This document shows positions 46,114 through 55,053 of a stretch of DNA of 64,000 nucleotides, piece after piece. Source of the DNA: a virus (taxonomy: Duplodnaviria > Caudoviricetes); the IMG/VR virus record IMGVR_UViG_3300011164_000019, positions 10,641 to 74,640 of that record; one strand, written 5' to 3'. Within the stretch, counting starts at the first letter, position 1; the number at the start of each line of letters is the position of its first letter. The notes under the pieces are model-generated. The model was not told where the DNA came from. It did not search any database and saw only the letters and a program-made list of their open reading frames with translations. A program made the position numbers and the translations under genes.

Positions 46114-46839
46114 TCAGTCGTAGTACTTATGCAGATGATCGAGGATCACCTGCATATTGTTGTCGGTGAAGGTCTCGGAAGTATCGAACAAACCGAGTGG
46201 GCCACGCAGACGCTCGCCTACAGTGTCCTTTGTCAGTTTGGTCTGGAAGACATACTTGAAACCAAGTGCTTCTTCTTCCGGAGTGATGTTCAACAGCGGC
46301 GAAGAATAGTCCTTCAAGTTCTTCAAGGGAACTTTCTTCGAGGCGATTACTACAGTGAAGTAGCTTTCGATGCCGTTGTTCTTCAGTGCGCCTTTCACCG
46401 GGACACAAGTTTCCAGAATCATTTCGGATTCGTTCACAGTGTCTTTGGTGTGGGCGATGAAGATCACGTTCTTGGTGGACTTCGCCACATGCTGCTGCAT
46501 GAGGGTCTTGAAGTACTGAGCGAAATCACCCCAGGCCTTCATGGTGTTCGGCGAGTTCAGCACGAACAGCGACTCGTACATGTCGAGCAGATAGGTCAGC
46601 GAGTCCACCACGATGGTGTGGACCGTTGGATCTTTCTCGGCCACTTCGAAGGCTTCGAAGATCTGGTGGGGATCGGTGATGGTGTACTGACGGAACTTGG
46701 CTCGGAACGGCAGTTTCTTGCCGGCCTCGCAGTTCAGGTACATCACACCTTCCGGATTCTTCAGGCCCATCAGCGAGGCGGATTTACCGGTCGCGGACTT
46801 GCCACACAGCAGAATCAGGTGGTCGTTTACTTGGGTCAT
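46114..46839 (-). CDS. AAA/Sak4-like ATPase (N4 gp44-like)
   Basis: GKSATGKS Walker A, IVVDSLT Walker B. Confidence 0.85.
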   Translation of the reverse strand: MTQVNDHLILLCGKSATGKSASLMGLKNPEGVMYLNCEAGKKLPFRAKFRQYTITDPHQIFEAFEVAEKDPTVHTIVVDSLTYLLDMYESLFVLNSPNTMKAWGDFAQYFKTLMQQHVAKSTKNVIFIAHTKDTVNESEMILETCVPVKGALKNNGIESYFTVVIASKKVPLKNLKDYSSPLLNITPEEEALGFKYVFQTKLTKDTVGERLRGPLGLFDTSETFTDNNMQVILDHLHKYYD

Positions 46840-46859
46840 TGCAGACTCCTTGGTGGGAA

Positions 46860-46885
46860 TTCGCCAAGTGCCCGGAGGGCACCTG
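46860..46885 (-). promoter_or_regulatory. Template-strand hairpin element, class II (GGA loop)
   Basis: TTC-GCC-AA-GTGCCC-GGA-GGGCAC-CTG, just upstream of an AAGGAG RBS. Confidence 0.6.
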
Positions 46886-46889
46886 AAGG

Positions 46890-47381
46890 TCAGTTGTCGA
46901 ACCAGAACACGATGCGGCGATCGTCCGGGTTGTCGGTGGCACCGAGGGTGGCCAGGGTCTCTTCCAGCCGCTTGATCAGGTGGTCGACGTTGTGGATCGA
47001 GGCCTCTTCGCTGGGGGCGATCAGCAGCTGGGCACGGGCGAGCTTCAGCTCCTCCACCTTGGCGATCAGCTCGGCCTGGGTGCGGGCACCGTGGGAGTGG
47101 CCGTCAGAGTCGTAGTAGTCGCTAAGGGCCTTCACTTCGCAGGACACGTCATCAGGCAGTTCGCTGGTGTACGGGAACGACCAAGGCCAGTCGGTACGGA
47201 CACCGTGGTTCAGCAAACCGAAGAACCAGTAGTCACGAGTACGTCCAGGCAGACCATCCATTACTGGATACTCTCGATCGCCTTCGAACTCTGGAGGCTC
47301 GAATTTGAAACTTACAGATTGATCGCACACCCAGACTCCATCTTTCTTGGTTTCCGAGTGCCAATGAATATCGCAACCCAT
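46890..47381 (-). CDS. Hypothetical protein (MGCDIH...HSH family)
   Basis: Start moved to ATG 47381 (GGAG RBS); a terminator lies in the ORF-track extension. Confidence 0.7.
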   Translation of the reverse strand: MGCDIHWHSETKKDGVWVCDQSVSFKFEPPEFEGDREYPVMDGLPGRTRDYWFFGLLNHGVRTDWPWSFPYTSELPDDVSCEVKALSDYYDSDGHSHGARTQAELIAKVEELKLARAQLLIAPSEEASIHNVDHLIKRLEETLATLGATDNPDDRRIVFWFDN

Positions 47382-47452
47382 GTTTGCTATCTCCGATAAA
47401 CAGAAACCAAGTGAGTCCATGTAGTCGTCATGGCTTAGCCTGGCTTCTGAAT

Positions 47453-47482
47453 AAGAAAAGGAACCCCAAGAGAACTTGGGGT
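47453..47482 (-). terminator. Intrinsic terminator after primase
   Basis: CCCCAAG-TTCT-CTTGGGG-TTCCTTTTCTT. Confidence 0.7.
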
Positions 47483-47494
47483 AGATGGATAAAG

Positions 47495-49636
47495 TCACCG
47501 CTTGGACAGTGCTTTGCCGACCGTGACCATGATGGAACTCATGATCTCCACTTCTTCCAACTTGTCTGGCAACTTGTCGTTCAATGCCACCACGCGAGAG
47601 CGGATGCCATCGAAGTCGAAGTTGGAGTCAACCAGGATGAACGCATACTTCATCAGCATGTTGTTCCGGTTGCCGTCGCCAGTGTTGTTGATTACCCAGC
47701 GTTCCAGGTTGTCCAGGGACTGCTGAGAGTCGAAGCGTTGCTTGCGCTCTTCGTTCTTGCTGGTCTTCGGGATGAAGGGCAGAACATCGAACACTTCGCC
47801 TTCGGTGTATTCATGGTGACCAGGGTGGGTCAGCCACTTCTTGCACCGATGAGCGCAGGACGGATCAGCATCGAACGGCAGCCACTGCAGGACGTTGTTG
47901 TAGAACTCCTTGTAGTCCTTGGCATCCATCTTCAACTCGTAGTTGGTAGGGAGGATGATGCGGAACCGGTGGTTCTGGTCCGTGTGGCTCTTGGTGGTGT
48001 AGTACAGCGCCTTGTAGTCCTTGAGCAGCAGCTTGGCTGTGTTCAGGTTGCAGGTGCCGTCCACGTCGATGACCAGCAGGTTGAAGCCTGGCTCGGCGTT
48101 GTCTTCGTTGCGGTAACCACCCTTGAGGTGATGGTTGATCCAGTGCATGCCTGGGGCCTGAGTCAGCAGGTGCAGCTTGTCGAACGGTGCCGTCTCGTTG
48201 TTGTAGCCGGTGGTCATGTCGCTGGAGTAGCTGACGATCATCTTCGCCAAGTCGGTTTCCTTGAGGCTTTCGCCACGCAGGAACTCGATGCCATCGTTGA
48301 AGGCCTTCTTGATGATGATGTTGTTCTTGTACCCATAGGCGGTGGCCAGGGTCAGCATCTCCTGCTTCTGGCTCGACGAACCCTTGTAGTAGGGCAGGTC
48401 TTCGACCAGATCAGCCTGAGTCACTTCCTTGCCGATCGCTGCCAGGTACTTGGCCAGCTTCACGTACGGACGGTCCCGCGAGAGCATCTGGCCGAACGCA
48501 GCACCACTGTCCTCCACCAGCCGGATGGCATTGTGCAGATGGCCCATGGTCAGCTCGGGTGAGTCGTCCACGAAGGCATAGGCACCGGCCAGCTTGAGCG
48601 CCTTGAAGTAGCGGTGGCTCAGCTCGGCCTTGCGGATCTCGTCGTGCTCGGGCATGGCGTCAGCCTGCTTCTCGCACATCAGCTTGTACTGGATCAGCTC
48701 CAGGCTGGTGTCCCGACTCATCACCAGACGCTTGTTGGCGTTGATGATATCGGCCAGGCGTTCCAGCTTGTCGGCCAGCTCTTCGAGGAACTGGTTGGTC
48801 TGCTGGCTGGTTTGCAGCTCGTAGACCTGCTCCGGGGTGAGATCCAGGTTCTTGCTGGCGCCCTTGAGGTAGCCGAACAGGCAGCGACGTGCGTAGCCGG
48901 TATCCAGCATCGAGTACAACGCCTGCTCGGTGGCAGCACCGTCGAATAGCTTGGACGGTGTACCGAAGAGCATCATGTTGGTCGGGGTGGTGCCCTTGAT
49001 CTCTTCGAAGCGGGAGTTGTCGGAGGTCGACTTGACCAGCTTGGTCTTGACCTTGCCCTTGTCGTACAGCTCAAGGAACACGGTCAGCACCTCGGTGTTT
49101 CCAACCAGATTCAGACCGATCTCGTCGATCTCCAGGTTGACCGAACCGGCATCGGCCATCAGCAGCTTGTGACGCATCTGCTTGACCGCAGGGCTGGTGC
49201 CGGAGTCGAAGCTGAACAGCAGGGAACCCAGCTGCTCGAACTCCTTGTGGACGCGGATCAGCTCCTCATCCGGATCACTGTTCTTGCGCACGGCACGCTT
49301 GTTGGCCAGGACCGGGAGGTTGCGTTCGGCCAGCAGGGGGAAGGTCTCCTCCAGGAAGCGATCGCGGAACTGGTGAATCACCTCGTCCTCGATGATGCTG
49401 GTCGAGTGGCCCTTGCCCGTACCGGAGGGAGACAGGTTCAACGCATAGACGTTGACCGGAATGTCGCCCCGATCAGGTGTGCCGATGATGCAGCGCATCT
49501 GCGAGGCCACTACCGCGAAGTAGTAGCCGACCAGGACACGGAAGAATAACGGCTCCGTGTTCTGAGTTCGGTTACAGAGTATCTGCACGAGTTGTTCTGC
49601 CGTGGGGTGATACGGCATCTGATTGACGGGAAGCAT
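47495..49636 (-). CDS. DNA primase/helicase-like replication protein (N4 gp43-like)
   Basis: 713 aa; PSGTGKG P-loop, C-terminal YTTKSH...HRFRIILP and GNRNN primase motifs. Confidence 0.88.
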   Translation of the reverse strand: MLPVNQMPYHPTAEQLVQILCNRTQNTEPLFFRVLVGYYFAVVASQMRCIIGTPDRGDIPVNVYALNLSPSGTGKGHSTSIIEDEVIHQFRDRFLEETFPLLAERNLPVLANKRAVRKNSDPDEELIRVHKEFEQLGSLLFSFDSGTSPAVKQMRHKLLMADAGSVNLEIDEIGLNLVGNTEVLTVFLELYDKGKVKTKLVKSTSDNSRFEEIKGTTPTNMMLFGTPSKLFDGAATEQALYSMLDTGYARRCLFGYLKGASKNLDLTPEQVYELQTSQQTNQFLEELADKLERLADIINANKRLVMSRDTSLELIQYKLMCEKQADAMPEHDEIRKAELSHRYFKALKLAGAYAFVDDSPELTMGHLHNAIRLVEDSGAAFGQMLSRDRPYVKLAKYLAAIGKEVTQADLVEDLPYYKGSSSQKQEMLTLATAYGYKNNIIIKKAFNDGIEFLRGESLKETDLAKMIVSYSSDMTTGYNNETAPFDKLHLLTQAPGMHWINHHLKGGYRNEDNAEPGFNLLVIDVDGTCNLNTAKLLLKDYKALYYTTKSHTDQNHRFRIILPTNYELKMDAKDYKEFYNNVLQWLPFDADPSCAHRCKKWLTHPGHHEYTEGEVFDVLPFIPKTSKNEERKQRFDSQQSLDNLERWVINNTGDGNRNNMLMKYAFILVDSNFDFDGIRSRVVALNDKLPDKLEEVEIMSSIMVTVGKALSKR

Positions 49637-49654
49637 GGAGCACTCCTGTTGTGG

Positions 49655-50629
49655 TTAAAGCTGAAGTTCCCCCGATTCGAGGTACTTGTCCTTCTGGGTG
49701 CAGGCATAGAACCCAGGACAGTAACGACAAGCCTTTACTTGACCCGGCACTTCAACCACCTTGCCGACATTGCCATCCGTGGCCAGTTGCATATAAGCAT
49801 CTTGCTTATTGTCGAAGTTCTTGGTTGAGCGTTGGGTTTTCGCGGGGTTCTTGTAGTACTTGAACTGAGGGGCAGACCGCCAGAGATCTTCTTCGGTACA
49901 AAGCGGGATCTCATTTTCCGGTGCATTCCAGAACTTATCCAGATTACGAATCTTGTTTCGGATGAATTCTTCGATGAACTCCAGGGAGGGCAGACGCAAC
50001 ACATGTTCCAATGTTCGGCTGGCAGGATAGTTCGGAGAACTCTTTGCCTGTGCCTGGCTCCAGTCAGTGAAGATGAACTGAATGGCCATGGTGTCTTGCG
50101 TGATGATCTTCGGATTCAACCAGCGATAAATACCGCCTTGCAGTCGGTACTTCTCATCGTTGGTGTTGTTGATGTAGGTGTAAACCGAAGTGGACTTGAA
50201 GTCTTCCACTCGGCCATCACCCACGAAGTCGAACTTGCCGGAAACTTTCCGACCCTCGATCTCACGGTAGGCCCGTTGTTCCAGATAGACCGGGATGATG
50301 CCCGGACCCAGTTCTTCAGGCGTGGGGTTGATCCGTACCTGGGCGATGACCTTCTTGGGGTAACCCAATGCGGTCATGGCTTCGACGTGCTTGTGCAGCC
50401 AGGCCCGCTCGATGCTGTCATGGATCGCGCTGCCCATGCGGGAGCTGACCATGCCGGACACGTCCACCAGACCCTGTTCCTGAGGAACACGGGCAGCGAG
50501 GATGATCTGGCGCAGGGGTTTGATCAGGGTGGTGGCACTGATGGTGTCCGACTCATGGTCGTAATTGTCAGTGGCCAGAAAGACCGCCAGGGATAGCGGT
50601 ACGTTGGAGTTGTTGAGGTACTTGCGCAT
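49655..50629 (-). CDS. PD-(D/E)XK exonuclease (N4 gp42-like)
   Basis: SGKFDF...VEDFKST, C-terminal CRYC. Confidence 0.85.
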   Translation of the reverse strand: MRKYLNNSNVPLSLAVFLATDNYDHESDTISATTLIKPLRQIILAARVPQEQGLVDVSGMVSSRMGSAIHDSIERAWLHKHVEAMTALGYPKKVIAQVRINPTPEELGPGIIPVYLEQRAYREIEGRKVSGKFDFVGDGRVEDFKSTSVYTYINNTNDEKYRLQGGIYRWLNPKIITQDTMAIQFIFTDWSQAQAKSSPNYPASRTLEHVLRLPSLEFIEEFIRNKIRNLDKFWNAPENEIPLCTEEDLWRSAPQFKYYKNPAKTQRSTKNFDNKQDAYMQLATDGNVGKVVEVPGQVKACRYCPGFYACTQKDKYLESGELQL

Positions 50630-50666
50630 GGGACTACCTTCGATGAAGGCGACCCATGCACTAGAC

Positions 50667-50879
50667 TCAGTGGTGGGTCACCTTGGTTTTAATGAACAGG
50701 GGGATACCGAAGAAGTTGAAGAACGAGACCGTGTGGAGAATGTCCCCGGTCTTTACGTCCTTCGGATTGCTGCTCTTTGCCAGAATCAACTTACCGGGCA
50801 CACGCACTCCCACCGAAGTTCGGTAGATGTAATACCGGGTAATGAAGCGTGGAAAGATGTAAACCAGTAAGCGGATCAT
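50667..50879 (-). CDS. Small basic hypothetical protein
   Basis: 70 aa from ATG 50879. Confidence 0.55.
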   Translation of the reverse strand: MIRLLVYIFPRFITRYYIYRTSVGVRVPGKLILAKSSNPKDVKTGDILHTVSFFNFFGIPLFIKTKVTHH

Positions 50880-50881
50880 GG

Positions 50882-51235
50882 TCACTCGCCTGCCAGGATG
50901 GCAGCTCCTTGCTTGTCTTCTTGGGTCATTACTTGCCAACGCCCCAATGCACGAAGTGCATTATCAACCAACTCTTCCTCCCATTCGCCATCCGCTTTGC
51001 CGGAGTCCAGCAAGTTATGGATGGCTTCCTGCAAACAAGGATGTTTGATTTGGAAAAGGTGGTTGACGCGATGGCTGTCGATACTTTGCAGATGACCGAA
51101 GTGCGGAACCTTCAAAGGATCGGCTTTTCCGTCATTGGCATGTTTGTCTCGACAGGAGGGGCAGTAGTCGTGAATCTCTTCGCTACGCCAAGCGATGGCG
51201 CAACCGATGCTCTTGCAATATTGCAGGTCGGACAT
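50882..51235 (-). CDS. Hypothetical protein with N-terminal Cys cluster
   Basis: C-x4-C...C-x2-C, then HPCLQEAIHNLL...LGRW..M.QED. Confidence 0.65.
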   Translation of the reverse strand: MSDLQYCKSIGCAIAWRSEEIHDYCPSCRDKHANDGKADPLKVPHFGHLQSIDSHRVNHLFQIKHPCLQEAIHNLLDSGKADGEWEEELVDNALRALGRWQVMTQEDKQGAAILAGE

Positions 51236-51298
51236 GGGAACTTCCTGGTGGTGATGCGTCCCTGCAGTTTATTTCGGGTGTTGGATTAATCCAGTGAC

Positions 51299-51739
51299 CT
51301 ATTCAGGTGTCTGGATCTGTTGTTTGTTGATGTACTTCTGGATATGAAACAGGCACAACTTGATCGCTTTCAGGTACTTCTGTGCCTGGCGTGTATCCAC
51401 GCCCAGCATGTAGCGGATTTCCTGGGTGTTGATCACGTCCATGCACTGCAGGATGTTGTAGAGCCGGGTCACACTCAGTGGGATGGAGTACTTCCCAGCC
51501 TTGCTGTGGTGATCCAGTCGAGCGATACCCAGGATGATGTCGTCCACCGGACTTCCGTCGTACGCCTTGTACTGCTGCATGAAGCTCAACAGTGGGTTGG
51601 CAGTGTTACGGGGCGACTGAGGCCGGGGGAAGGTGTAGCTGGAGCTGTAGCGAATCCGGTCGACTCGTGCCTTGCCCAGGCGGGCCGTGAGGTTGGGCAT
51701 TTCATCGATCGGGAAGGTGCGGATGGTGGTGGCGTCCAA
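51299..51739 (-). CDS. Hypothetical, possible DNA-binding protein
   Basis: 146 aa, TTG start with GAGG RBS; INTQEIRYMLGVDTRQAQKYL is HTH-like. Confidence 0.7.
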   Translation of the reverse strand: MDATTIRTFPIDEMPNLTARLGKARVDRIRYSSSYTFPRPQSPRNTANPLLSFMQQYKAYDGSPVDDIILGIARLDHHSKAGKYSIPLSVTRLYNILQCMDVINTQEIRYMLGVDTRQAQKYLKAIKLCLFHIQKYINKQQIQTPE

Positions 51740-51747
51740 GGTGACCT

Positions 51748-51772
51748 CGAAAACGACGCATATATAAAAGGG
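51748..51772. repeat. 25-nt element, copy 2
   Basis: 23/25 identical to 14611-14635; adjoins a GGGG-ATCT-CCCC hairpin. Confidence 0.75.
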
Positions 51773-52189
51773 GATCTCCCCTGTGCCTTCGGCTCACTCG
51801 TCACAGGCTCGAACCCCCTTCAAAACCCTGACCTGATCCGAGGCGCGAACGCAGCACAAGGCGCACGCAGGCGCAGCCGAGTACGCCGCCAGTGCGGAGG
51901 TTCGCAACGAGGATCTGGGAAGGAGGAGGTGGAGCTAGAACTGAGGACCAGTTCCTGGACTAGAGAGCGGCGCGCAGTGTAAGGAGGTGTTTCAGCTGAA
52001 AAATTGACTTGGATCAACTGGCTATTAGCCATCTCCCCGAGTCGATGAATGGTTACAGCAACGTCGTATCCGCACTATCGGCTCGCAAGCTCGCCTCGTG
52101 CTGCACTCCGCTGCAGTAACCGTTCTTCCTTGAAATCACACTGAACCTCTTCTCAATGGTTCGTCACCGAACGCCCGAGAGGGCGTCTG

Positions 52190-53917
52190 TCACGCTGAGC
52201 AGGCTACGCACTCATCCTTCACGACCACACCGCTGCGTGAGTAGATGTAGTACTGGGACAGGACGTTCTCATCGAGCAGGACCAGGGTCATCAGCTCGGC
52301 GATCAGATCCTCGCTGCCATCCTCCGGCACGTAGAAGTTCAGGCTCTGACCTTGGCAGGTCCACTTCTGACGCTGGGAGCAGTGACGCAGCAGGATGTGC
52401 TGATCCATCTCGAAGCCGTTGAGGAACACCAGCTTCTCATGGTCACCCAGCCAGTCGACATGCTGAACAGAACCGAGGTGATCGATAATGTCCTGCACGG
52501 TCTCTTCGCTGTAGACGCCGCGAGCTTTCATCAGCTCGTAGAACACCGGAGGAATCCGGCGAAGCTCGCCTACGGATGAGCCAGCATCGAACACCATGCC
52601 GGGGTCCGGGAACCAGGATTCACTGACGCCACCCATGAGCAGGCTGGTGGTCTTGGTGGGTGCATACGCAGTGCGGTGCGTGTTGCGAACACCGTAGCCC
52701 TTACACCATTCAGGTTCGCCGTATTCCTGTGCCAGCCACTGGCTTGCCCGTAGGGATTCGTCATGCAGGTGCTTGGCGATCTCGGTGGACAGGAACTGTG
52801 CTTCCAGGCTGACGTACGGAATGTTCTGCGACTGCAGGTAGGTGTGGAAGCCCATGATGCCTAGACCGATGGCTCGGCCTTTGATCGTGAACTCACGTAC
52901 CTTCTCCAGTCCTGGAATACCGGCACTCTTCTCGATGAATTCCTGACACAGGCAATCCAGGAACACCGTTGCGATGAAGACCGACTCACTGTTCTTGATA
53001 CGGTCCCAATGCACCAGGTTCAGCGAAGCCAGGATGCAACTGTAGGTCAGATCATCCGAGCTGTGCAGCATGATCTCGGAGCACAGGTTGGTGGCCCGAA
53101 TGTCCAGGCCCCAGTCCTTGTACATCTGAGGACGGTGACGGTTGGCCTTGTCGATGCAGAAGACGTAGCCCTTGCCAGTGATCAGCTTGGTGTAAAGCGC
53201 CTTGGTCCAGCGACGGTTGGCCTCTTTGTCACCTGCCTTGAGCTTGTCCACGAACGAATCACGGATGATCCAGCCGTAGTTCTTCCCGTTGGGTTCAGCG
53301 GCCAGCGAATCGCAAGCCTCATCCCAGTCACCATGCTCGATATCCAGGTAGGCACCGATGGAACCACGGCGAGCACCGCCTTGGCTGATCTTGCCAGCTG
53401 CAGTGAAGAAGTCGTTGATGACCTCTACGGCACCACTGGCTTCGCCACCCTTGCTGATCGATGTACCACGGGCACGAATACCACTGAAGTCGGCACTGGT
53501 GCCAAAGCCCCACTTGGACAGCAGAGCGGTCTCGCGCAAGGCCGTGTAGAAGCCATCCACGCTGTCGCTGACCACTTGCCCGGAGCAGGCCACCATCATG
53601 CCTCGATCGGTTCCCGTATTGGCGAATGCAGGGCTGGAAGGGCTGAGGATGCCGTCCCACATCTCGTTGAAGAACTTCTCTTCCCATTCCACCTCACGAC
53701 CTTTCATGTGACGGGCCAGGGTGTAGGCGATACGCCGATGGCGACCGAGCACGGCCAGTTCGTTGGGAACGGCGTACTTCTTCTTGAACATCTGCCAGCC
53801 TTGCGTGGTGTACCAGCTCGGCAGGTGGCCCACTTCCTGGAGTCGCTTGCGCTCGACGCTCAGCTGCTCGAATTTCTGCAGGGTCTGTTCATCCAGACCA
53901 GTTGGATCAAACGCCAT
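52190..53917 (-). CDS. nrdA: Ribonucleotide reductase class Ia alpha subunit (no ATP cone)
   Basis: SPSSPAFAN, TNLCSEI, APTKTTS, QGQSLN, YYIYS, C-terminal CVAC. Confidence 0.93.
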   Translation of the reverse strand: MAFDPTGLDEQTLQKFEQLSVERKRLQEVGHLPSWYTTQGWQMFKKKYAVPNELAVLGRHRRIAYTLARHMKGREVEWEEKFFNEMWDGILSPSSPAFANTGTDRGMMVACSGQVVSDSVDGFYTALRETALLSKWGFGTSADFSGIRARGTSISKGGEASGAVEVINDFFTAAGKISQGGARRGSIGAYLDIEHGDWDEACDSLAAEPNGKNYGWIIRDSFVDKLKAGDKEANRRWTKALYTKLITGKGYVFCIDKANRHRPQMYKDWGLDIRATNLCSEIMLHSSDDLTYSCILASLNLVHWDRIKNSESVFIATVFLDCLCQEFIEKSAGIPGLEKVREFTIKGRAIGLGIMGFHTYLQSQNIPYVSLEAQFLSTEIAKHLHDESLRASQWLAQEYGEPEWCKGYGVRNTHRTAYAPTKTTSLLMGGVSESWFPDPGMVFDAGSSVGELRRIPPVFYELMKARGVYSEETVQDIIDHLGSVQHVDWLGDHEKLVFLNGFEMDQHILLRHCSQRQKWTCQGQSLNFYVPEDGSEDLIAELMTLVLLDENVLSQYYIYSRSGVVVKDECVACSA

Positions 53918-54938
53918 GCGCCAGCTCCTTACGGAAAGTGAGTTTGTGCTTGGCCCAGTTGCGGGTGTACTGCAGCTGGGTCGCTGCGAAGAAGTCAGGC
54001 ACCTTCACGGTGGAGAGTTGCTGGTAGAACCAGTTGGATATCTCTCCCTTCTTCAGATCGAACTGGGCGGGACGGCCCAGGCGATTGCGTACCACGTCGA
54101 TGCGATCCTTGAGGAAATGCACCAGCTCGTCCTGAGCCACTACGCGGTTGCCCGGCACTTCGAACATGCGGTCGATGATCCGCAGCTCATGCTCGTAGAC
54201 GGTCTGGCTCATACGGTCGATGGCCTGATTCAACGCTTCTTCTTGAGCAGGGCTGTGGTTGCCCAGCTCAATGCGTTCCGCTCGGCACTGGTTGAACAGG
54301 CGGGCAGAGGCGATCGAGTGGAAGTTCTCGTCCTTGGCACTGCCGTCGATACCGGACACGAAGTGCGGGATCAGGTTGTGACCACGGGCATTGAAACCCT
54401 TGAAGTAGCCGAAGACACTGAACAGCACGGCACCTTCGAGAAAGGCTAGGGCTGCAGTGACTTCGAGCGGGTTGTTGCTGCCAGCACACTGGCTGATGAA
54501 GGCAATGCGCTCGGCCAGGATCGGGTCGCTTTTCCACTGACGGTAGAAATCATCGGTGGCACGACCCAGTACCTTGTTGGCCAAGTCGTAGAAGGGTGCA
54601 TGGCTACCCAGCTCGACGTTGGCAAAACAGGCACACATCCGCTGGATCTCGGGACGTGGGAACATGCGGGCGATCTTGCCGCCCCATAGTTCCTCGCCTC
54701 CGATCATCAGCTCGTACTGAGTGAGGATTGATTGGGCGAAAAGAACACCGTGCAACTCACCATCGGTAAGTTTGGTACGGAAGTCGTCCTCGTCTTCATC
54801 AACACCCAACTCTTCAGCAGGCCAGAAGATGGATTGTTGTTCGACAGCAAACTCTGCTGCCCACGGATATCGAGCCACATATGAATCAGTAGGCGATTCA
54901 ATCTGGCTCAACGCGGGCGCAATAATGTCCAAGGACAT
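53907..54938 (-). CDS. nrdB: Ribonucleotide reductase beta subunit
   Basis: FWPAEE, E.GSHAPFY, LEGAVLFS, DENFH di-iron ligands. Confidence 0.92.
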   Translation of the reverse strand: MSLDIIAPALSQIESPTDSYVARYPWAAEFAVEQQSIFWPAEELGVDEDEDDFRTKLTDGELHGVLFAQSILTQYELMIGGEELWGGKIARMFPRPEIQRMCACFANVELGSHAPFYDLANKVLGRATDDFYRQWKSDPILAERIAFISQCAGSNNPLEVTAALAFLEGAVLFSVFGYFKGFNARGHNLIPHFVSGIDGSAKDENFHSIASARLFNQCRAERIELGNHSPAQEEALNQAIDRMSQTVYEHELRIIDRMFEVPGNRVVAQDELVHFLKDRIDVVRNRLGRPAQFDLKKGEISNWFYQQLSTVKVPDFFAATQLQYTRNWAKHKLTFRKELAHGV

Positions 54939-54960
54939 AAGTACTCCTCATAGAGCAGGT

Positions 54961-55006
54961 AAAAAAGAAGCCAGAACCTCCCAGGAAAAGTTGGAGGTTC
55001 TGGCTT
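54961..55006 (-). terminator. Intrinsic terminator after thyX
   Basis: 14-bp perfect stem AAGCCAGAACCTCC/GGAGGTTCTGGCTT followed by CTTTTTT. Confidence 0.85.
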
Positions 55007-55053
55007 AAATGGAGCAGGAGAGATGGCTACGCACTTCGCAGTACGTAGTTAGA

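Noticed and set aside
47382-47498. N-terminal extension of the 202-aa ORF
   Set aside because: It contains a terminator, and a better RBS precedes MGCDIH at 47381; similar upstream extensions were trimmed for other genes
51820-52032. 70-aa minus-strand ORF as a confident gene
   Set aside because: GGGGAG abuts the ATG with no spacer and the sequence is low-complexity; kept only as an alternative explanation for the GGA tract
55024-55048. Imperfect hairpin containing GCGAAG on the minus strand
   Set aside because: Six-nt loop, wrong strand and no T(T/C)C at the 11-nt spacing, so not counted as a promoter
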